A stretch of DNA of 55,304 bases from Balneolaceae bacterium. Lineage in GTDB: Bacteria; Bacteroidota; Rhodothermia; Balneolales; Balneolaceae. Each line of letters begins with the position of its first letter. Within the stretch, counting starts at the first letter, position 1. The translations under genes were made by a program, and so were the position numbers. This document shows positions 36,301 to 42,715 of the stretch, piece after piece. The stretch spans positions 1-55,304 of the forward strand of contig JAFGWN010000186.1 of the NCBI GenBank assembly GCA_016937115.1. Reading direction: 5' to 3'. Below the pieces are notes generated by a model. That model was not told the origin of the DNA and did no database searches. It worked only from the letters and a program-made list of their open reading frames with translations.

Positions 36301-39300
36301 AGCTTACCCTTTCTTCCCATCCGCCGTTTCAGCGATTTGCATCAACCAATACAAACGATTCTCCAACGGGTATCCTGGATACCGATTTCATGGTATATAT
36401 TGGCTACAATTATACCTCCGTGCTGAATATTCGTACCGGATCCATTGCTACCGGCGGCTACACAAGTCAGCGGCTGGTTGATATCGATTTTCGCCAGTGT
36501 CTGGACCAGGAATTCGATAATCCGGTGGTTACTATGCGTAATGCCGATATCGCGGTCAACAAAACTACCGACAATGCGAATCCGCTGGCGGGTGAAACCG
36601 TCAACTTTACGGTTTCTGTTACCAATAATGGTCCTGAAAATGCAACCGAGCTGGATATTAACGAGACGCTGCCAGCGGGCTTGTCACTTGTATCAGCAAA
36701 TCCCAGCCAGGGGACGTATAACCAGCTCACAAAAATATGGGCAGTTGGCACGTTGAACTCCGGCAATTCAGCTACGCTGGATCTGGAAACAACGGTAAAC
36801 CAGGGAGCCGATGAGGATATGATCAATAAAGCGTTTGTAAAAGGGCTAAACCAGGCTGATCCCGCCGTGGCTAATGATACTTCTGAAGTTGCTATTGCGG
36901 TTAGTGTACCTGTCGAAGGAATCGTATTTGAAGATAAAACCGGCAATGCTGTCGCCGACGGTGATACCAACTTTGGAGATGCTACCGGTGATCAACAGGC
37001 AAAAGCCAATGTTAAGATACACTTGTTTAAAGATGGGGGTGATGGCACTGCGAATGGTGCCGATGATACCTTTATACAGACTGTGCAAACCAACAGTATC
37101 GGGCAGTATAATTTCCAGGTTGGTGAAAATGGGGACTACTGGATAGCGGTTGACTCCCGAACCGGCGGGTTGTCCAACGGCACTACATGGGCCGAACAGA
37201 CCTATGCTCCTGCGGGCGGGCTTTGTACCGATGGAGCCGGTGTCACCACAACCCGATCAACCGCTGGTGCCTGTTTCGGCGGCCGCCGCGGGACGGCCTC
37301 TGACTTGATTTCCGCTACCCCGGCCGGCAGCGATCTTGCCAATGCCGAACATGTGGCTAAAGTAACGATGAGTGGTTCGGAGATTACAGGTATCAATTTT
37401 GGTTTCAGTTTCAACGTGGTTACCCATACGGGTGACGGTGATGACGACGCTACTGCAAGCCGGTCGACCCAGGGCTCGCTGCGGCAGTTCATTCAAAATG
37501 CCAATAACATTGCGGGTGCCAATGCCATGCGTTTTGTACCTGCGGTAGCTACAAATGCTTCGGGTGGCGGTGGTAACTGGTGGAGTATCACCATTGGTTC
37601 GGCACTGCCAGCGGTTACGGGACCGCTCACCACGATTGACGGTACGGCGTTTGATCTGAATAATCCGGCCAGCGAACTGAATACGAACACTGGAAGTACA
37701 GGTACTGGTGGTAATGTAGGAGTTGATCAGCTGCCGTTGAATACCTTTGAACTAAAGGAATTAGATATTAACCTGAATGATATCGGTAATAATGCCTTCC
37801 AAATTAATAGTACAGGGGTAGTCAATATCCGTGATTTAGCACTCTATAATAATACACAGTTATTGCAAGTGTCGCAGGTATCGAACGGCGTCGTTGAGCG
37901 CAACTTACTCGGCAATAATGCCGGCGGATCCCTTGGTAACCTTAATCTGATTAGTAACAGTAGCATTGTCTTTACCGGCAATGCTTCAACTTCCATTGAG
38001 ATTCGGAAAAATAATATCAGTCCCAACTGGATTGATGGCGTCAAATCAAATAATGCCAATGCCCTTATTGACCTGAACCAAAATGAAATTCATAGTATCG
38101 GCGGGCTTAGTTCTCAGGGCGATGGAGTAGCGGGTATTGGAACATGGACGATAGAGCAAAACCTGATTTATAATAACGGACAAGATAACAATCAATCCCA
38201 TAACGGCGGCAGTGGTATTGAGATTGGCGGCAGCAGCGGATCCTCCCAAAATAATGTGATTCGAAATAATACTATTCGAGACAACAAAATTGCCGGTATT
38301 ACAATTTTGAATAATGTATTAAGTACGACCATTCGGAAAAATATCATCAACAATAACGGAACCAACTATACATCGGGGCCTGCGCTGGGCGCCGGAGTGC
38401 GGCTGACGACACCGGCATCACAAACTCAGCAGGGCATCAACATCAGTCAGAACAGTTTCTATGGTAACTATGGGTTGGCGATCGATATTGTGAAAGATTA
38501 CAGCGGATCAGGCCAGGCCGACGGCGTGAATCCCAACGACGGTGCGTTGCAGGCGGCTTCATCGGTACCTAACCGCGGGCTCGACTACCCGGTATTTACG
38601 CTGACAACGCTGGAGGGTTCAACGCTGCATATCGAAGGGTATGTAGGTACGTTTAACAATCGTCTTGCCGGACCGTTTACGATCGAAATTTATAAAGCCG
38701 ATAATGATGGCAACAACGACGGGCTTATTGAGCAGGGCGGATCGCTGGTTCGTCCGCATGGGGAAGGCCGGACGCTTCTGAGTACTATTACCACCAATCC
38801 TGACGGTTCATTCAGTGAGGATATTACCGTTGGTGGGTCGATAAATGTGGTGATTAACGATCGGATTACGGCTCTTGCGTTCAGCGGGAGTGGCAATACA
38901 TCAGAATTCAGTTCCAATCAGCGTGTGGTACCAACGGGCGTTGCTGTGAGCGGATATGTATATCACGATACGAATCACAACGGAACCCGGAACAGCGGTG
39001 AATCCGGTCTCGAATCGGTAACGATGGTACTGTATAACCAGAACGAAAATAACTGTAAGAGCGTGCGGACGGATGCAAATGGTTTCTACGAGTTTACCAA
39101 TGTACTGAACGGAACTTACCAGCTGATTGAAGCCTTTGGTGAAAGTATTCCTACCCCGGATATTTGTACACCGGCAGCGGCCGATCCTGTGGGATTTATT
39201 TCCACAACCACCAACAGCCGGTCGGTAACGATCAACAACCTTCCGGAGAATCAGGATTTTGGTGATTTTGAAGGATCGAGTATCAAAGGAAATATATTTA

Positions 39301-40346
39301 ATGACAACGGAATCGGAACCGGCGGCACGGCTAATGATGTGGTTAAGAATGGCGGAGAGCCGGGCATCAATGCCACGGTGGTAAAAGCGTTGAGCGGCAG
39401 CGGAGCTCCCCTGGATCAGACGACGGCCTCGGCCGGTGGAAATTATACGTTATATGTAGCTAAATCTCAGGTTCCTTCCGGCGGAACGGTCATAATAAGG
39501 GAAACAAACAAAGCCAACTTTATAACCATAGGCGGAAGCGCGGGAACGACAGGGGGGACCTATAGTAAACCCAATGATGAAGTGAGTTTTACCAATACAG
39601 TAGGTGCCATTTATACCGGCGTCAACTTTGCAGATGTGGAACAAAGCCGCCTGCTGACTGATGGCGAACAGAATATTCAGCCGGGCGGAACAGCCACCTT
39701 CCAGCACCAGTTCCAGGCAAGAACGGCGGGAGCTGTCACCTTTACAACATCTACGGCAACCGATCCGGCCGGCAACACCATTCCGGTAATCTTATACCGG
39801 GATATAAACTGTAACGGAGCGGTCGATTCGGGTGAGCCGGTACTTGACGGCTCGGGGCCTGTGTCTGTTACTACGGACCAAACTGTGTGCCTGGTTCTAA
39901 AAGTGACCATCCCCCTGGGAACAAGTAATGGCGTTATAAGCACTACAACAGTAGCAGCGTCGATGGATTTTGCCAATACCAACCCGGTTATACAGCAATC
40001 GCTCTCCCGCACCGATGTGGTGAATGTTACCGAAACAAACGGTGGACTGTCACTCATCAAAGCCGTTGACAAAGCGACAGCAGAGCCTGGTGAAGTGCTG
40101 ACCTACACCATCACCTACGAAAACAACGGAAGTGATCCCATCAACACGCTTGAAATTGCAGACAACGTGCCAGCATTTACCACTTTTAGTTCAGCCAGCT
40201 GCGGTGTGCTGCCCAACAACCTTACCAACTGTACGATTAATGCGCCGGCGGCCGGGCAAACAGGAGCCATAACGTGGACGTTTACAGGCACGATGGCTCC
40301 GGGAACCTCCGGCGCGGTTACCTATCAAGTAACGATCCAGGATTAA
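30342..40346 (+). CDS. Giant 3334-aa secreted multidomain surface protein (candidate adhesive tip)
   Basis: The ATG overlaps the upstream TGA (ATGA at 30342-30345). It has signal peptide ...NVASIIAQ. Domain evidence is listed in the sub-features below. The C-terminus ends in a DUF11-type domain, and I recognise no T9SS, LPXTG, PEP-CTERM or RTX-type signal. Confidence 0.85.
   Translation: [3334 protein letters not shown]
30444..31400 (+). other. DUF2341 + LamG/concanavalin-like (Laminin_G_3) module
   Basis: [24 protein letters not shown]...GYDIIFSSD...[24 protein letters not shown]...SIYMFYGN fits DUF2341. YHLNN...[29 protein letters not shown]...GTVSAWIKT...WHHVVFTR...LTYVNG...[13 protein letters not shown] fits the LamG_3 pattern. 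Confidence 0.75.
31422..32950 (+). repeat. Tandem coding repeat: (FN3 + SwmB-type repeat) x2 plus one extra SwmB-type repeat
   Basis: The unit is about 610 nt. [26 protein letters not shown]...[31 protein letters not shown] + [27 protein letters not shown]...[25 protein letters not shown] is repeated as [26 protein letters not shown]...[31 protein letters not shown] + ...[22 protein letters not shown]. A third SwmB-type unit then ends ...[22 protein letters not shown]. Confidence 0.8.
33575..34090 (+). other. GEVED-type domain
   Basis: It begins [11 protein letters not shown]..., contains acidic DGDGNG / [15 protein letters not shown] stretches and ends [14 protein letters not shown], the eponymous GEVED motif. 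Confidence 0.65.
34090..34850 (+). other. Two complete DUF11 domains
   Basis: [51 protein letters not shown]...[31 protein letters not shown], followed by [51 protein letters not shown]...[28 protein letters not shown]. Confidence 0.85.
34843..35520 (+). other. Uncharacterised ~225-aa domain, copy 1 ([13 protein letters not shown] motif)
   Basis: [32 protein letters not shown]...[14 protein letters not shown]...[10 protein letters not shown]...[17 protein letters not shown]...SVSFNPC. It is paralogous to 35881-36545. Confidence 0.6.
35881..36545 (+). other. Uncharacterised ~225-aa domain, copy 2 ([13 protein letters not shown] motif)
   Basis: [32 protein letters not shown]...[14 protein letters not shown]...[10 protein letters not shown]...[17 protein letters not shown]...DIDFRQC. 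It is collinear with copy 1. Confidence 0.6.
37780..38500 (+). other. Right-handed parallel beta-helix repeats (NosD/pectate-lyase-like)
   Basis: There are repeated ~22-aa turns: [54 protein letters not shown] and [10 protein letters not shown]. Confidence 0.7.
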
Positions 40347-40351
40347 TTATT

Positions 40352-40741
40352 ATGAAAAAACCAGAATACAGCGATGAACAAATGAAATCAATTTTTATTG
40401 TTGATGATGCGAAATGGCACAACATTTTGCTTGAAAAATTACTCGGTGATTGCGGGTATGAAGTTAAATCATTTACCAGTGGCTATGTGCTTTTGGAAAA
40501 CCTGAAAGAAGAGCCGCCGCACCTGGTTATTTCTGATATTGATATGCCTGATATTAATGGGTTTGCCCTCTGTAAAATGATCAAGGAGTTGCCCGAAGGA
40601 GCTGATGTACCCGTGCTGTTTGTATCGTCGCTCGGGGAAGAAGAAGTGCGGGTCAAGGCCGAGAAAAACGGCGCGATTGGTTTTATACAGAAACCGTTTG
40701 CCAAACAGCCGCTGCTGGAAGTGGTGGCACAAAAGCTATAA
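40352..40741 (+). CDS. Stand-alone response-regulator receiver (CheY-like) protein
   Basis: The ATG at 40352 lies 5 nt after the giant gene stop (the track start at 40274 overlaps the giant gene). REC motifs are present: IFIVDD, LVISDIDMPDINGF (phospho-acceptor Asp), VLFVSS and FIQKPF. Confidence 0.85.
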   Translation: MKKPEYSDEQMKSIFIVDDAKWHNILLEKLLGDCGYEVKSFTSGYVLLENLKEEPPHLVISDIDMPDINGFALCKMIKELPEGADVPVLFVSSLGEEEVRVKAEKNGAIGFIQKPFAKQPLLEVVAQKL

Positions 40742-40823
40742 TCACCCGGTCGGAACCATTTCCGTTATCTATTGTTTAAGTTTATCCGATAAAATAATTA
40801 AACAATTTAAGAGGGAGGTTGTT

Positions 40824-41294
40824 ATGCCATTAAACAAGTTGATTGATTACTTGGATGAACACGATAAAAAATATGTAGTTGTAAGGCATGCCCCGGCATT
40901 TACCGCGCAAGAGGTAGCCGCTTCGGCGCATATTCCCGGCAAGGATATGGTGAAGACCGTAATAGTGAAAGCCGACAATGAGATGAAGATGGTGGTGCTG
41001 CCCTCGACACATGATGTCGATTTCGACTCCATGCGGAATGTTTTAGGCGTCGATAATGTAGAGCTTGCCTCCGAAGAGGAGTTTGAAGATATGTTTCCCG
41101 ATTGCGAACTGGGTGCCATGCCGCCGTTCGGCAATTTTTATGAGATGGATACCGTGGTTGCCGAAGTCCTCACGGAAGACGAGGAGATCGCTTTTAACGC
41201 CGGCACTCACAAAGAGCTGGTGAAGATGAACTACAGCGATTACGAAGAGCTGGTAAACCCGCAGGTTATACCGATAGGTGTGCGAATGCAATAA
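40824..41294 (+). CDS. YbaK/EbsC-type aminoacyl-tRNA deacylase-like protein
   Basis: The ATG at 40824 is preceded by GAGGGAGG. The 156-aa protein has ...TAQEVAASAHIPGKDMVKTVIVKAD...GAMPPFGNFY..., which is typical of YbaK/ProX-like editing domains. The track's longer ORF (40605) overlaps the REC gene. Confidence 0.65.
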   Translation: MPLNKLIDYLDEHDKKYVVVRHAPAFTAQEVAASAHIPGKDMVKTVIVKADNEMKMVVLPSTHDVDFDSMRNVLGVDNVELASEEEFEDMFPDCELGAMPPFGNFYEMDTVVAEVLTEDEEIAFNAGTHKELVKMNYSDYEELVNPQVIPIGVRMQ

Positions 41295-41344
41295 TACATG
41301 CCACAGATATCCCGGGCGCATGATGATTTTGCTAAAAACAGGCT

Positions 41345-41542
41345 TCAGGGCAACAGCCTGAAGTCGTAATCCACGTCCTTTTTAATTTCGAGGTTGGGCA
41401 GATCAATCTTGGAGTTGCGCTCCTTTACCTCTTTTTCAAGCTTTTCGTAAAACTGCTTCGACATCAGCAGCCGGTCGTACTCCCGTCCATTCTCAAAAAT
41501 ATAGTCTTCAATTTCCTGTCGCACGCGTTCCATGTATCGCAT
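41345..41542 (-). CDS. Small hypothetical protein
   Basis: 65 aa counted from the first ATG (MRYMERVRQEIEDYIF...). It is charged and helical and belongs to no family I recognise. Confidence 0.4.
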   Translation of the reverse strand: MRYMERVRQEIEDYIFENGREYDRLLMSKQFYEKLEKEVKERNSKIDLPNLEIKKDVDYDFRLLP

Positions 41543-41646
41543 AAGCAAGTAGATTAGTTATGGAATGAGTGAGTCTATATTGCTGATACTACATTGTTTA
41601 ATGAAAGATCCCAAGCCTGAGGATGAATGGCAACGTTTTATCTATT

Positions 41647-41685
41647 AAAATAAAAACCCCTTGCAAGTCAATGACTTGCAAGGGG
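41647..41685 (-). terminator. Rho-independent terminator after tRNA-Leu
   Basis: A perfect 13-bp stem CCCCTTGCAAGTC / GACTTGCAAGGGG with a 3-nt loop is followed on the minus strand by TTTTTATTTT. Confidence 0.8.
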
Positions 41686-41690
41686 TTGAG

Positions 41691-41775
41691 TGCCCTGGAC
41701 TGGAGTCGAACCAGCACTCCCTAAACGGGAACTGACCCCTCAAGCCAGCGCGTCTACCAATTCCGCCACCAGGGC
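41691..41775 (-). tRNA. tRNA-Leu (anticodon GAG)
   Basis: I folded the 85 nt by hand. The acceptor stem is GCCCTGG/CCAGGGC with discriminator A. The anticodon arm is CTGGC-TTGAGGG-GTCAG, giving anticodon GAG. It has a long variable arm (TCCC...GGGA) and T-loop TTCGACT. CCA is not encoded. Confidence 0.93.
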
Positions 41776-41798
41776 AAGGGTCTAATTTTGAAAGGCTT

Positions 41799-41830
41799 CA
41801 AATATAGAGCTTTGTAATATTAAATCACAA
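41799..41830 (-). promoter_or_regulatory. Candidate Bacteroidota-type promoter for tRNA-Leu (TTG-N21-TATATTTG)
   Basis: On the minus strand TATATTTG (41806-41799) matches the TAnnTTTG -7 element 24 nt upstream of the mature tRNA 5' end. A TTG lies 21 nt further upstream (41830-41828). Confidence 0.35.
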
Positions 41831-41859
41831 TATTCTATATCATAATTTCAGCTATTGGA

Positions 41860-41887
41860 GATCCCGGATCGGGTCCGGGATCACAAG
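41860..41887. repeat. REP-like palindromic element (third copy)
   Basis: The reverse complement reads CTTGTGATCCCGGACCCGATCCGGGATC, 25/28 identical to 57-84. It sits 12 nt downstream of the TPR gene stop. Confidence 0.55.
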
Positions 41888-41898
41888 CAAGCAGGTGT

Positions 41899-42444
41899 TT
41901 ACTCTCCGGAAAGCTGCTTCCGCACGTATTCATTTTCGGGGTCCATCTTCTGGGCCTGCTGGTAGTAGGTGCGGGCTTTGGCGTCCTGTCCGGCGCGCTG
42001 CATCAGGTCACCCATCAGTATCCAGTTCTCCACATCTTTAGGGTTCGTCTTGATGCGGCTCAGCAGGTATTCGATGGCTTCGTTACCCTGATCGTCCATA
42101 ATTTTGTAGAGCACCAGGTTACGGTGTGCCGCGGGCGAATCATCGAGATCAATTGCTTTTTCGAAATCTTTTCTGGCCGCCTCCAGGTCGTCGAGTTGCA
42201 GTTTAGCAAAACCACGCAGGTTGTAGTATCCGCTCTTCTCTTTTTCGAGAGCAATAGCGGTATCCAGCGCCTGGATACTTTTCTCCCACTGGTTCAGCTT
42301 CTGGAATACCATTGCCTCCAGGTGGTGCCCGTCGCTGGTGTTGGGCTCCATCTTTTGGAGCTTGTAAGAAATATCAAGGGCGTGATCGTAGTCGCCTTCG
42401 TGCAGCAGTGCTACGCCTTCTTCAAGTTGATCTTCGTAATTCAT
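41899..42444 (-). CDS. Tetratricopeptide (TPR) repeat protein
   Basis: 181 aa made of 34-aa TPR-like units (YDHALDISYKLQKMEPN, WEKSIQALDTAIALE, LEAARKDFEKAIDLDDS, AKARTYYQQAQKMDPEN). Confidence 0.8.
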   Translation of the reverse strand: MNYEDQLEEGVALLHEGDYDHALDISYKLQKMEPNTSDGHHLEAMVFQKLNQWEKSIQALDTAIALEKEKSGYYNLRGFAKLQLDDLEAARKDFEKAIDLDDSPAAHRNLVLYKIMDDQGNEAIEYLLSRIKTNPKDVENWILMGDLMQRAGQDAKARTYYQQAQKMDPENEYVRKQLSGE

Positions 42445-42690
42445 GTACGTGGTTTATTCGGGGTTTAAAATCGTGTCTCTAAAAATAAGGCTTTTATGGT
42501 AGTCCGCAAAGCGATGAATGGGGTCGATTTATAGTGCAAATGAAGTCATCATGAGCAACGCGAAAGACCTGTCAGGGTAATCTCCCTTATACTTGAGGAT
42601 TGTTTATCTTTCTCCATTGAAGGGGGGGATGGCGGAAATAGCGTGGTATATGTCTCTTACGAAGATATATTCTAATAATGACAACCCTCC

Positions 42691-42715
42691 CTCGGCACAT
42701 GATGTATGTGCCGAG
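42691..42715 (-). terminator. Strong hairpin downstream of the dnaA-...-DUF4834 gene string
   Basis: CTCGGCACAT-GATGT-ATGTGCCGAG is a perfect 10-bp stem lying 70 nt after the stop at 42785. No U-tract follows on the minus strand. Confidence 0.3.

Noticed and set aside
40274-40351. The upstream extension of the receiver ORF in the track (start 40274) overlaps the end of the giant gene.
   Set aside because: The extension (MDVYRHDGSGNLRRGY...) is out-of-frame read-through of the giant gene's 3' end. The REC domain begins at the ATG at 40352 with a normal N-terminus.
40605-40823. A long 229-aa version of the YbaK-like ORF overlaps the receiver gene.
   Set aside because: The first 73 aa overlap the REC CDS in another frame and look non-protein-like. 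The ATG at 40824 has a GAGGGAGG Shine-Dalgarno-like sequence and gives a standard-length YbaK domain.
41691-41775. The tRNA-Leu gene, considered as an integration hotspot flanking a genomic island that could contain the DUF11 locus.
   Set aside because: There is no integrase, no direct repeat of the tRNA 3' end and no mobility gene anywhere in the window. The locus lies 5' of several unrelated genes, and its composition does not look different from the flanks by eye (not computed).
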